Shown here one piece after another: positions 45,792-54,841 of a stretch of DNA of 64,000 nucleotides. A program made the position numbers and the translations under genes. The stretch comes from Thermoplasmatota archaeon. Lineage in GTDB: Archaea > Thermoplasmatota > E2 > JACPAO01 > JAHFTW01. Position 1 is the first letter of the stretch. The number at the start of each line of letters is the position of its first letter. The notes below the pieces were generated by a model. That model did no database searches. It worked only from the letters and a program-made list of their open reading frames with translations, and had not been told where the DNA came from. The DNA is taken from assembly GCA_041601615.1 (NCBI GenBank), contig JBFIHX010000002.1, positions 46,026 through 110,025 on the forward strand, given 5' to 3'.

Positions 45792-47564
45792 ATGTCCAGG
45801 TCGCTGCCCCTTCTGCCGGTTCTGGCCCTCTTATTTTTTAGCCCCAGTGCGCTGGCAGCCGACGATACCGAAGCACCCATCCTCGAAGCATGGGCATTCG
45901 AACAAGACGAATACGACCCGGGCGACCAAGTCACCATCCATGGCCATGCTCGTGACAAATCGGGACTGGACGGCGTACTCGGACACATCTGGGGCCCGGA
46001 CGAGGCGTTTCCCGTTTGGGTCCACGAAGAAAACTGCTCTGTGGACCAAGCAGGGCCATTCACCTGCACCATCACGCTGACTGCCCAAGCGCCGGCCGGC
46101 ACCTACCGATTGGAGCGGTGGAGTCTTCGAGACACCGTCGGACACACCCGACAAGAATACCACTCCGACCTCAGTGGTCGCGCCGGATTCGACTTATCCT
46201 TCGTGGTACGCGGCACCCACAGCGACCTCGAAGCGCCCAAACTGCACGGCATCCAAGTCCAAACACCCGTCATTCAAGCCGGCGAATTCGCCGAGGTGCA
46301 CATCCAAGCAAGCGACGAAACCGGAATCCGGCATGCGAGCATCCAATTGACCTCCGACGGCCGCGCACCCGGCGTCTGGGGCGACTGCGACGTGATGGAC
46401 GCGGATGCATCGCCGCAAGAATTCACTTGCTCCCTCCCGACGTGGGCAGAAACGCCCTCCGGCGCATACCGCGTCCAAGACGTCGCGCTGCGCGACCTCA
46501 ACAACGTCGAACGAATCTACCGCACAGAGCAGGACTTCACCGATGGCGCCGACTACATCCTCAATCTCACCGTCGAAAACGGCAGCAACGACCTCGAACC
46601 CCCCATCATCGATTCCATCCTCGCAACGCCCGTCGTCCCCCGTGGCGGCACCTGGCTCGTCACCGTGCACGCTCACGACAACCAAGCCGTCCAACAACTG
46701 CAAATCGACTTGCAAACACTCCAAGGCAACGCCTACCTCGCAAGCCATATTTGCCCTCTGAAATCGGCGCAAGAAGTCCAAGCGCATTGCGCCGGCACCA
46801 TCCCCGAAAACTACCCCCTAGGTCCTGTAAAAATCTTGTTCGTAGCAGCCAGCGACCCCACCGGCAACAGCCAAACCTGGTCCACCTGGGTCGGCAACAG
46901 CGTCGATTACGAACCCGGACCGCTCATGCACGACCGATTCTACATAGGCCCCCGCAACATCTCCCTCCCCGGCATCCCCGTCGACGCCCTAGACGCCTAC
47001 AACCTCGAAGCGCCCCCCGGCAGCGTGCTCTCATTTGCACTGCGCCTAACCGGAACCGCCACCGATTTGTCCTTCTGGCTGACAAACGATGCAGGCGATC
47101 GGTTGGGCGTCCAAAACTGCCACACAGAACACGACCTCGACGCCGTCGGCATTCGCTGCAAACTCATCGTGCCCCCCACAGCCACCGGCACATACACGCT
47201 CACGGCGGTGGCCGCCGACAACACCACCGTGCAAGTCGCCCAGGGCCTGCGAACCGTGGAGATCCGAGCCGGAGCCATCGCACCCGAAACCCTACCCGGC
47301 GATTGGCGCAACCACACGAAGGCTGGCGTCACCTTGGCTTCCTTCAACGGCGGCACCCGAGCACCCATCCCCGCCACACCATGGAATGACGCAACGGACA
47401 ACCCGACACACGCAAACGATGCAAACGGCACGGGCAGCCGCAACACCGTAACCTCCGGCGGCACCACCCAACCCGCACCGTCCCAAAACATACCCGCAGC
47501 CACAGCCCCATGGGCCCTCGTAGCGCTGGCAATGACCTTCCTTGCCGCAATGCGCCGCCGATAG
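45792..47564 (+). CDS. Secreted surface protein with tandem Ig-like repeats and CTERM-like anchor
   Basis: Repeats begin DTEAPIL / DLEAPKL / DLEPPII, each with a Cys pair; T/P-rich stalk; tail NIPAATAPWALVALAMTFLAAMRRR. Confidence 0.85.
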   Translation: MSRSLPLLPVLALLFFSPSALAADDTEAPILEAWAFEQDEYDPGDQVTIHGHARDKSGLDGVLGHIWGPDEAFPVWVHEENCSVDQAGPFTCTITLTAQAPAGTYRLERWSLRDTVGHTRQEYHSDLSGRAGFDLSFVVRGTHSDLEAPKLHGIQVQTPVIQAGEFAEVHIQASDETGIRHASIQLTSDGRAPGVWGDCDVMDADASPQEFTCSLPTWAETPSGAYRVQDVALRDLNNVERIYRTEQDFTDGADYILNLTVENGSNDLEPPIIDSILATPVVPRGGTWLVTVHAHDNQAVQQLQIDLQTLQGNAYLASHICPLKSAQEVQAHCAGTIPENYPLGPVKILFVAASDPTGNSQTWSTWVGNSVDYEPGPLMHDRFYIGPRNISLPGIPVDALDAYNLEAPPGSVLSFALRLTGTATDLSFWLTNDAGDRLGVQNCHTEHDLDAVGIRCKLIVPPTATGTYTLTAVAADNTTVQVAQGLRTVEIRAGAIAPETLPGDWRNHTKAGVTLASFNGGTRAPIPATPWNDATDNPTHANDANGTGSRNTVTSGGTTQPAPSQNIPAATAPWALVALAMTFLAAMRRR

Positions 47565-47595
47565 TCCCAAGTCGCCGCCCCGATTCTGCTTTCGT

Positions 47596-48297
47596 GTGCG
47601 CCTGCGTGCCGCCATCCTCGACTTGGACCACACCCTCATCGATTTCGAGCGCATGAAGCGCATGGCCAGCGACGCCGCCGCCCGCGCCATGGTGCGCGCC
47701 GGAGCAGAATTCTCATTCACCGCAGACGAAGCCGGCGACATCCTGTTTGGTGACTACAAGGCAAACCTCGACGGCGACCGCATCTTCGAGACGTTCCTAC
47801 AAACCCACCACCAAAATCGGTCCAACCTGAACCAACACGCAAAGGACCGCATCATCGCCGCCGCCGTCAACGCCTACCTAGAAGCCAAAAGACTGCACAC
47901 CCAACCCTACCCAGCCGTGCAGCGCACCCTCCTAGAACTGGCCCGACGCGGCCTACGCATGGGCATCGTCACCGACGCCCCCCGCTTCAAAGCCTACCAA
48001 CGCCTGGACCTTGCCGGCCTCACCGACTTCTTCGACTTCGTACTCACAAACGAGGACGAACCCATCGGGCAAGAGCGATTCCGCCACGCCCTCCAACGAT
48101 TCGGCACCGACCCCAAAGCAACCCTCGCCGTAGGCGCCTGGAACGTACCCGAAGTCCAAGCCGCCAAAAACCTCGGACTGCCAGTCGCATGGGCCGGCTA
48201 CGGAAGACCCGGAGCCGAACCACCCGCCGGCGTAGACCACAAACTACGCGGATTTGGCGAGTTGCTCAAAATTGAGGCATTTCGCGGCGGAGAATGA
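47596..48297 (+). CDS. HAD-IA family hydrolase-like protein (degenerate motifs III/IV)
   Basis: ILDLDHTL motif I and GIVTDA motif II; motif IV reads VGAWNVPEV instead of GD...D. Confidence 0.85.
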   Translation: MRLRAAILDLDHTLIDFERMKRMASDAAARAMVRAGAEFSFTADEAGDILFGDYKANLDGDRIFETFLQTHHQNRSNLNQHAKDRIIAAAVNAYLEAKRLHTQPYPAVQRTLLELARRGLRMGIVTDAPRFKAYQRLDLAGLTDFFDFVLTNEDEPIGQERFRHALQRFGTDPKATLAVGAWNVPEVQAAKNLGLPVAWAGYGRPGAEPPAGVDHKLRGFGELLKIEAFRGGE

Positions 48298-48393
48298 CCG
48301 CGTCCAACCGCCCGGATGGCACGGTCCCAATCACTTGACCGCGTAGCCAAGGCCAATGCACTCGGAGGAAATTGGTGCTGGTGCAAGAAAAAA

Positions 48394-48466
48394 TGGCCCC
48401 ACCCAGATTTGAACTGGAGTCCGTGACTCCCAAAGCCACAAGGATACCAAACTACCCCATGGAGCC
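48394..48466 (-). tRNA. tRNA-Pro (anticodon UGG)
   Basis: GGCTCCA...TGGGGCC-A acceptor stem; anticodon stem GTGGC/GTCAC with loop TTTGGGA; T-loop TTCAAAT; 73 nt, no intron, CCA not encoded. Confidence 0.95.
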
Positions 48467-48574
48467 GGGGAGAGGCCTGGCGACTCATGCCCCCCTCTTG
48501 AAGCTGGCGCATGCCCTTGGGCCGGGTTTGTGCTCCAGCCGAGCCGTTATGTGCCCCCCTTGGCTGGCCGCCGC

Positions 48575-49057
48575 ATGGCCATCTGGTCCGATACCGATTT
48601 CATCGCTGCCGTGGGCGCGGGCGAGTTCAAGGCGACTCCGTGGCGCCCTGACGACTTGACCCCGAACGGCCTAGATCTTCGCATTGGACATGTGCAAATT
48701 GTTGGTCAGATGGACAAGCCGGTCACCTCGGGCACGGTGACGATTCCTCCCGGCGCCCGGTTCGTATTGGGCACGGAGGAATTCCTGGAGATGCCGGTGG
48801 CCGCAGTGGGGAGTCTGTGGATTCGCAGCAGCTATGCGCGTCGCGGGGTGCTGGCGTCGTTTGGCAAAGTGGACGCCGGTTTCCATGGCAACCTCACGGT
48901 TGGCTGCTTCAACGCGAGCCACGAGGCGATCGAGATTCCGGTGGGCGATCGGTTCTGCCAGATTGTCTTGGAGGACCTCAAGTCGCCTCCGCAGGCTGCC
49001 TACGCCGAAAAATCTGGCAACTACCAGGGCCAGACGGGCATCACGATGAGCAAGTGA
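48575..49057 (+). CDS. Trimeric dUTPase / dCTP deaminase superfamily protein (probably dUTPase)
   Basis: PNGLDLR, IRSSYARRG, VDAGFHGNLT, GNYQG; lacks the Glu of the deaminase LE motif. Confidence 0.85.
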   Translation: MAIWSDTDFIAAVGAGEFKATPWRPDDLTPNGLDLRIGHVQIVGQMDKPVTSGTVTIPPGARFVLGTEEFLEMPVAAVGSLWIRSSYARRGVLASFGKVDAGFHGNLTVGCFNASHEAIEIPVGDRFCQIVLEDLKSPPQAAYAEKSGNYQGQTGITMSK

Positions 49058-49587
49058 CCGCTGTGTCGCGTTCCGGTTCGCCGCTGCCGTCCATCCCCGT
49101 GCTGCCCTCCATTCCGTTTGCCGGCGCGGTGGATCCATGCACGGCCAACGCGTGCTCCGCTTGCTGCCACGACATTGAAATGATCCTCACCGAAGCGGAT
49201 CTTGCTCGGCTTCAGGCGGCGCGGCCCGGGGAGCCGTTCTGGTTTGAGGCGGACGACGGGTACCTGCAACTGCACACCCGCGACGGCCCGCCCGCAGCCG
49301 GCAGCCACGCAGCCCCAGGCGCCGAGCCCCGGCCGTGCTGGTTCTTGGACGAATCCGGTCGCTGCTCGGTTTGGGCAGATCGACCTGAAGGATGCCGGTT
49401 GTACCCGGCGTTTTGGGACGAAGAGGCCCGCGAGGCGAGCTTGGATACGGACTATTGCCCGCACACCGAGGGGTTCCGGTTGCCGAGGGCCGTCGGGGAC
49501 GCCGTTCGTCGAATCGGAGACCGATTGGTGGCGGAACGAGAGGCCCGCGTAGGGCGCCTCGGCCCAGATGTATCGCGGACGACTTAA
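49054..49587 (+). CDS. YkgJ family cysteine-cluster protein
   Basis: CSACC, PCWFLD...C..WADRPEGCRLYP, C-terminal CP; GTGA overlap with the upstream gene. Confidence 0.88.
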   Translation: MTAVSRSGSPLPSIPVLPSIPFAGAVDPCTANACSACCHDIEMILTEADLARLQAARPGEPFWFEADDGYLQLHTRDGPPAAGSHAAPGAEPRPCWFLDESGRCSVWADRPEGCRLYPAFWDEEAREASLDTDYCPHTEGFRLPRAVGDAVRRIGDRLVAEREARVGRLGPDVSRTT

Positions 49588-49611
49588 TCCAGGGATGGCG
49601 ATGGCCCCTGC

Positions 49612-49899
49612 ATGGGCGCTCTCCAGGCCAATGCGGCCGTCGCCGTCGGCGTGCTGCTGACGGGCCTGTCTCTGCTGCTGCTCGTGGTTGGGCTCACCTC
49701 GTATCTGCGCGTGCGCAACACCAAGCTCCTTTGGGTCAGTGCGGCGTTTTTGGGCTTTGCCGGCCAAGGCCTGTACTTCGTGCAGGATGCCTACGCCCGA
49801 CGGGGTGAACTCGCTCTGTCCTTGGATGCGATGCCGGCGCTTGCCGCCGTGAACCTTGCCATCGTGGTTGCCCTCTATCTTGCCGTCCTGAAACGCTGA
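49612..49899 (+). CDS. Small 3-TM archaeal membrane protein
   Basis: SYLRVRNTKLLWVSAAF...; small TM protein directly upstream of a winged-HTH regulator, a common archaeal arrangement. Confidence 0.75.
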   Translation: MGALQANAAVAVGVLLTGLSLLLLVVGLTSYLRVRNTKLLWVSAAFLGFAGQGLYFVQDAYARRGELALSLDAMPALAAVNLAIVVALYLAVLKR

Positions 49900-49905
49900 A
49901 CTCCC

Positions 49906-50673
49906 ATGCCGCCGCCCCCGCCGACGAAGAAAACGGTGCTGGACCTGCAGGCCCGGCAGCGCATCGTGGCGTGCATCCTGGAAAATCCGGGCTTGCACCT
50001 GCGTGCCCTTGCCGAACGGCTGGAGATGCCGGTGTCGACGCTGGAATACCATTGTTATCAGCTCGTCAAGACGGATCACTTAGTCACGCGGGAAACGGCG
50101 GGGTTCAAGGCGTTCTATCCGGCGGAGGGCATGGATCGCCGCGACAAGGACATCCTGTACTTGGTGCGCCAGGAGGGGCCGCGCCGAATCTGTGCGCACT
50201 TGCTCCTGCATCCGGGAGCAACGCCGAAGGACCTGAAGGGGGCCACAGGTTTGTCTGGGCCGACGCTCAGTTTCCACCTCAAAAAACTCTTGGCTGCCGC
50301 GTTGTTGCACGAGGAGCCGGCGGGCCGCACGAAGCTCCTGTCGCTGGTGGACGAAGAGCGCGTGGCGAACGTCCTGGTCACCTACCGCAAGTCGTTTTTG
50401 GACGAAACCGTGGACGCGTTTGCCGCGACGTGGCTCGACATGGCGGCACCGCGTCGCAAGGCGAAAGCGACCGAGAGCGCCGAGCGCAGCGTGGTGGAGC
50501 GTGCCATCGAAGCCGAGGAGACCGAGGACGCGAAGGACGCACCCACGAACGGCGCCAACAACCACGACTCGGCGCAGCTAGGCGCTTCCGCTGCGACGGA
50601 GCCCGAATTCGAGGTGCACCACGCTGAGCCCCAAGTGCAAACCGAGGAGCCTCCTCCCTTGCGGCGTCAGTAA
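49906..50673 (+). CDS. Archaeal double winged-HTH transcriptional regulator (COG3398-like)
   Basis: ILENPGLHLRAL...LEYHCYQL and HPGAT...LSGPTLSFHLKKL: two tandem HTH modules. Confidence 0.85.
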   Translation: MPPPPPTKKTVLDLQARQRIVACILENPGLHLRALAERLEMPVSTLEYHCYQLVKTDHLVTRETAGFKAFYPAEGMDRRDKDILYLVRQEGPRRICAHLLLHPGATPKDLKGATGLSGPTLSFHLKKLLAAALLHEEPAGRTKLLSLVDEERVANVLVTYRKSFLDETVDAFAATWLDMAAPRRKAKATESAERSVVERAIEAEETEDAKDAPTNGANNHDSAQLGASAATEPEFEVHHAEPQVQTEEPPPLRRQ

Positions 50674-52097
50674 AGGTCTTCGTGGCGCCGGCGCGGCAGG
50701 AGCATGGTTGCCGCGGCCACCATGACACCGCCGAGGCCCGCGGCGATGCCGATGAGCACACTCGGCTGGGTCAGGTACTCGGCCACGTTTTGGAGCGTCA
50801 CGATGTGGGTGCTCCAGTGCGGGAAACTCACCAGGACCTGGATGCCGTCGGCGTCTTGCACAATCCAGTATTCGGGTTGGCCGGCGTCGTCGGTGGGGTC
50901 AAGCACATCCTTGAGGCCGCCGTCGGCCATTCCAAACACCACTTCGGTGCGGGTGCCGTCATCGTTGAGGTCAAAGTAGCGCAGCTTGAGCGCGGAGGTG
51001 GCAGATACCGAAAGCCCGTCTAGGAGTGCCGGGTCGAGATCCAGTACGACGGTGCGGCCGGCGTCCAGTTCGGCGCTGACTTGGATTTCGAGGATGCTGT
51101 CGCCCACGAGTTCGTCCGGAGCCGCGACTTGGACCTCCATGTCGTCGTATTCGGTAACTTCCACGTCGGAGACTGTGCGTTCGGCGCCGCCAGAGGGGCT
51201 GACGGGGGCCGAGGGGCTTTGGCCGCCTGCCATTTCTCCGGTGAATCCTGCGTCGCGGGCAGCAACGAAGGAGGCAGGAAGCTTGCGAATGGAGACTTTG
51301 GCCCCCAGGTGGCGGTCGGCTTCGGCTCGTTCTAGGGCTTCGTCCACTTCTTGTTTTTCGGGCGTGGAAGCGGGCTTGCTCTCCTTGGGTTCCAAGTGGA
51401 ATGCCGCGAATCCATACACAGAAAGTTTGTCGCCATCAATGACGATGCGGTCCGAGGCGAGCTTGCCAGTCATTTCTCCATACTCAAGCAGGAGGAAATG
51501 GCCACGCTCCGTCATGCCGTGGCGACCAAGCAGGGTCCCCGCAGGCAAATCCAACAGGAGGGGTGCGGTCTTGCTCTTGTATTCGAGGTTGCCTCGAGCG
51601 GAGTCTTGCAGTTGCAGCACCGATTCGTTGGTGCGGATGCGCACGACGCCTTGGTGCACGTCGAGTGCTACTTCGCCTTGGTCTGTGAAGACGATGGCGT
51701 CGAAGGCGAGCCGGCCGTCGACCTCATAGGCAGTCAGAGTGCGGTTCTCTCGGTCCAACTCGAAGGAAACGTGGCGCGCGTCGCGGCGGGCGTCCTCCGT
51801 GTCCTGCTCGAACCGTTCTTCGCTTGATTGACAGCGTCGCTCCTCGGGATGCTCCTTGCAGTACGCTTCGGCGCGATCCCGGGCGGTTTTGTTCTGGTCC
51901 GAGTCAGGCCGCTGTTCGCCTTGGTTGCTCGGAGGCGCATCTTTGCCGGCGCCGTCCCGGTCTTCTTTCGAATCGGGGCAAGAGTCGTCCCTGCATTCGT
52001 CGCCGTCATACCCGTTGGATTGCGCCGCTGCAAGGGGGAGCGACAGGAGCATGAGGGTCAGCAGGAACGGCAAGATTCGCATGACTACAACCCTCAT
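50667..52097 (-). CDS. Secreted / C-terminally anchored surface protein
   Basis: Signal peptide; charged Cys-containing N-region; SFPHWSTH near the end; C-terminal TM followed by RRR. Confidence 0.8.
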   Translation of the reverse strand: MRVVVMRILPFLLTLMLLSLPLAAAQSNGYDGDECRDDSCPDSKEDRDGAGKDAPPSNQGEQRPDSDQNKTARDRAEAYCKEHPEERRCQSSEERFEQDTEDARRDARHVSFELDRENRTLTAYEVDGRLAFDAIVFTDQGEVALDVHQGVVRIRTNESVLQLQDSARGNLEYKSKTAPLLLDLPAGTLLGRHGMTERGHFLLLEYGEMTGKLASDRIVIDGDKLSVYGFAAFHLEPKESKPASTPEKQEVDEALERAEADRHLGAKVSIRKLPASFVAARDAGFTGEMAGGQSPSAPVSPSGGAERTVSDVEVTEYDDMEVQVAAPDELVGDSILEIQVSAELDAGRTVVLDLDPALLDGLSVSATSALKLRYFDLNDDGTRTEVVFGMADGGLKDVLDPTDDAGQPEYWIVQDADGIQVLVSFPHWSTHIVTLQNVAEYLTQPSVLIGIAAGLGGVMVAAATMLLPRRRHEDLY

Positions 52098-52217
52098 GGG
52101 GGCGCCGTAGGGTATAACCTCATTCGGACAAGGGTCGAACAATCGCGCTTCGGCCGCCCCCCGCTCAGCCCCAAGTCTTTATCATCTGCGGACTCCCCCG
52201 CCAACAGGAGGACCCCT

Positions 52218-53333
52218 TTGGCAACGATCGCGGAGCAGATCAAGGAGCTCGAGGCGGAGATCCTCAAGACGCAAAAGAACAAGGCGACGGAGTTCCACAT
52301 TGGGAAACTCAAGGCAAAAATTGCCGCCTTGAAGCGTGACATGGAAAAGCAGGCGGCAGCCAGTGGTGGAGCGGGCCTGAGCTACTCCGTAAAAAAGAGC
52401 GGCAACGCCACTGTGGGCCTGATTGGACTTCCTAGCGTCGGAAAATCGACCATTCTGGGCGCCCTCACCGGAAAAGAATCCGAGGTGGCCGCGTACGCCT
52501 TCACCACCCTCACCGTCATTCCGGGCATGCTGAAGCATCGCCACGCGGACATTCAGATCCTCGACATGCCGGGCATCATTGCAGGCGCGCACTTGAACAA
52601 GGGTCGCGGCAAGGAAGTGATTGCGGCCGCACGCAACTCCGACCTGATTCTGCTGACGCTGGACGCCAAGCAGGCCAAGAAGCACATGCCGGTGATCATC
52701 CGAGAATTGGAGCAGTCGGCCATTCGCATCAACCGCCGCGCCAAGGACATCAAGGTCTATTATACGGATCGAGGCGGCATCAACATCCAGAGCACCTGCA
52801 AGCAGTCGCACATGACGCTGGAGCAGATTGAGGACATTGTGCGCCAGTTCCGAGTCAACAACGCCGATGTAGTGGTGCGCGAGGACATCACCGTCGAGGA
52901 CCTTGTGGACCACTTGAGCGGCAATCGCGTCTACATCAAGGCGGTCGCCATCGTCAACAAAGTGGATCTCGTGGGCGAGGAAGGATTCCAGGAAATCAAA
53001 CGCTGGCTCAAAACCCAGGGGTTCCCGGCGATTCCCATGGTCGCCAATAAGAAAATGGGCGTGGAGCCGGCCAAGGACTTCATCTACGAAGCGCTTGGCA
53101 TGATGCAGGTGTTCCTGAAGCCCCAAGGCGGCGAGGCAGACCTAGACGAGCCCCTGATTGTCATGGAAGACAGCGACGTGGGCATGGTTTGCGACATGCT
53201 GCACCGCGAATTCCGCAAGAAGTTCCGATTCGCGAATGTCTGGGGCAAGAGCGCGAAGTTCCCCGGCCAAACCGTTGGAATTGACCACGTCTTGAAAGAC
53301 GGCGATTTGCTCACTATTGTGACGCGGCGCTGA
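52218..53333 (+). CDS. DRG/OBG-family GTPase with C-terminal TGS domain
   Basis: TQKNKATEFHIGKLKAK, GLPSVGKST, FTTL, DMPG, NKVD, HVLKDGD; TTG start with AGGAGG at 52206-52211. Confidence 0.97.
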   Translation: MATIAEQIKELEAEILKTQKNKATEFHIGKLKAKIAALKRDMEKQAAASGGAGLSYSVKKSGNATVGLIGLPSVGKSTILGALTGKESEVAAYAFTTLTVIPGMLKHRHADIQILDMPGIIAGAHLNKGRGKEVIAAARNSDLILLTLDAKQAKKHMPVIIRELEQSAIRINRRAKDIKVYYTDRGGINIQSTCKQSHMTLEQIEDIVRQFRVNNADVVVREDITVEDLVDHLSGNRVYIKAVAIVNKVDLVGEEGFQEIKRWLKTQGFPAIPMVANKKMGVEPAKDFIYEALGMMQVFLKPQGGEADLDEPLIVMEDSDVGMVCDMLHREFRKKFRFANVWGKSAKFPGQTVGIDHVLKDGDLLTIVTRR

Positions 53334-53368
53334 AGCTGCGCTCCGGGGTGGCCGAGGCAAGGCCTTGG

Positions 53369-53935
53369 TTACGGTCCGGTGCCGACGAAGAAGGCGTTGA
53401 CGGCGCACTGGGCGACCCAGGACGTGGTGCCGAGCACCCAGGTTTCTTCGGCGACACAGCGCACGGCGTCGATGTGGTTGGTGGTGAGTTTGCCGGTGTA
53501 CTGGATGCCGGGGGCGGGAGTCGTGACGCTGATGTCGTCTTGCACCAAGCCATTGCTCATGCAGGAGGTGGTTGCTTTGAGGAGTCCAACCGGGATGAGG
53601 CTAGGTGTGGGGAAGTGGTCCATGGGTACGCCAGGAGTGGGGAACCAGGCAATGGCGCCTGCGTAGATTTGGTTGCAACCCGGGAAGAATCCGGGCACGG
53701 ACACGGGCGGCGGCGCGCAGGTGACTTCGTGGGTGAACGTCGGTCCCGCGCTCGTACTGCTGATGTTGCCGCAGGTCCAGCCGGGCATGGTCATGATGAG
53801 GTCCACGTTGCCGGTGCCGTCGCCCATCAAGACGATGAGTTCGGAGGAGTACACGGCGTCTGCGTCGTGGCCGACGGAAAGGGGGGCAGAAAGCAGGGCC
53901 GTGAAGATGAGTAGAGCGACAGCAATGGAGCGCAT
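53369..53935 (-). CDS. Secreted hypothetical protein (6 Cys, beta-rich)
   Basis: Signal peptide MRSIAVALLIFTALLSAPLSVG from ATG 53935. Confidence 0.7.
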   Translation of the reverse strand: MRSIAVALLIFTALLSAPLSVGHDADAVYSSELIVLMGDGTGNVDLIMTMPGWTCGNISSTSAGPTFTHEVTCAPPPVSVPGFFPGCNQIYAGAIAWFPTPGVPMDHFPTPSLIPVGLLKATTSCMSNGLVQDDISVTTPAPGIQYTGKLTTNHIDAVRCVAEETWVLGTTSWVAQCAVNAFFVGTGP

Positions 53936-54045
53936 CGGCCCGTTACGGGGGCGTCGAGATTTGGCTGTGGCCGTCGCTTCCTTCCCCGCTTTGCGCTCGC
54001 CTTCCCTACGGTACAATCTTGTACAATCGCCGGAGTGGGCAAAAC

Positions 54046-54354
54046 GTGTCGGAGTGGACGGAAGCATTGGGTCTGGACGAACTTCCGGACGGATCACCCC
54101 ATGCGGTTCGCGTGGGCACGACTCGCGTCTTGTTCGTGCGGCAGGCGGAGGCGGTGCATGCGTTCGAGGCTGTTTGTCCGCACAAGTTTGCAGATTTGGC
54201 CGAGGGACACTTAGAGGACGGGTGCCTGCATTGCCCGATGCACGATGCCGCATTCCATATGGATGGCACACCGCGCGCCGGGGACGAATGGGCAGGGAAT
54301 TTGTCCCTGTACCCGTGCCGAGTGGAAGAGGGACGCGTCCTGGTTCAACTCTAA
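54046..54354 (+). CDS. Rieske-type ferredoxin
   Basis: CPHKFADL...CPMHDAAF (CxH...CxxH); about 102 aa, soluble. Confidence 0.92.
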   Translation: MSEWTEALGLDELPDGSPHAVRVGTTRVLFVRQAEAVHAFEAVCPHKFADLAEGHLEDGCLHCPMHDAAFHMDGTPRAGDEWAGNLSLYPCRVEEGRVLVQL

Positions 54355-54429
54355 CGCGCCTCGGGAACAACCGTGGAGTGGACTCCGATAAGCAGCCAAG
54401 ACTGCCGCGCGCCGAGGGCCGTGCGTAGC

Positions 54430-54666
54430 CTATTCGTTCATTTGGTCGGCGGAATGCCGCTGCATCATGGCAGCCCCCCAGGAGCGCCACAAGAGCCCGA
54501 AAGCAATCGGGCCCATCCAGGCGGCACTTAGAATCGCCGCGGCCTTTGCGTCCAATTCAAGGGCAACCAATGCGCCAAGAAAGAGGGCCAAGCCGAGCAG
54601 GCCGCCAATCAGGATGCCGGAACCAAGCAAGCGGTGTTGCCGGTAGAAGGGCTCTAGGTCATCCAT
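54430..54666 (-). CDS. Small 2-TM membrane protein
   Basis: 78 aa from ATG 54666; two hydrophobic segments. Confidence 0.6.
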   Translation of the reverse strand: MDDLEPFYRQHRLLGSGILIGGLLGLALFLGALVALELDAKAAAILSAAWMGPIAFGLLWRSWGAAMMQRHSADQMNE

Positions 54667-54841
54667 GTGCTTGGGCTCGGGCACCACACCAAGGACCATG
54701 TATTGCAAGAAGGAGCAGGAAACCCGGATAGGCGTTGCCATGTAGCACGAGGAATAGTATCCACATGTCAACTCGTGTCTTCTTATAAACAACACACCCA
54801 CGTTGTAGCGGATTGGAGGGCGCTGCGACGCTGTGTGCGGC

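Noticed and set aside
43021-46080. 1019-aa plus-strand ORF, the longest in the track
   Set aside because: Antisense shadow of the SNF2 helicase; no motifs; typical of high-GC codon bias.
48394-48466. tRNA-Pro as an integration site for an island or provirus
   Set aside because: I found no integrase and no duplicated tRNA 3' end (att repeat); the flanking genes are housekeeping-like.
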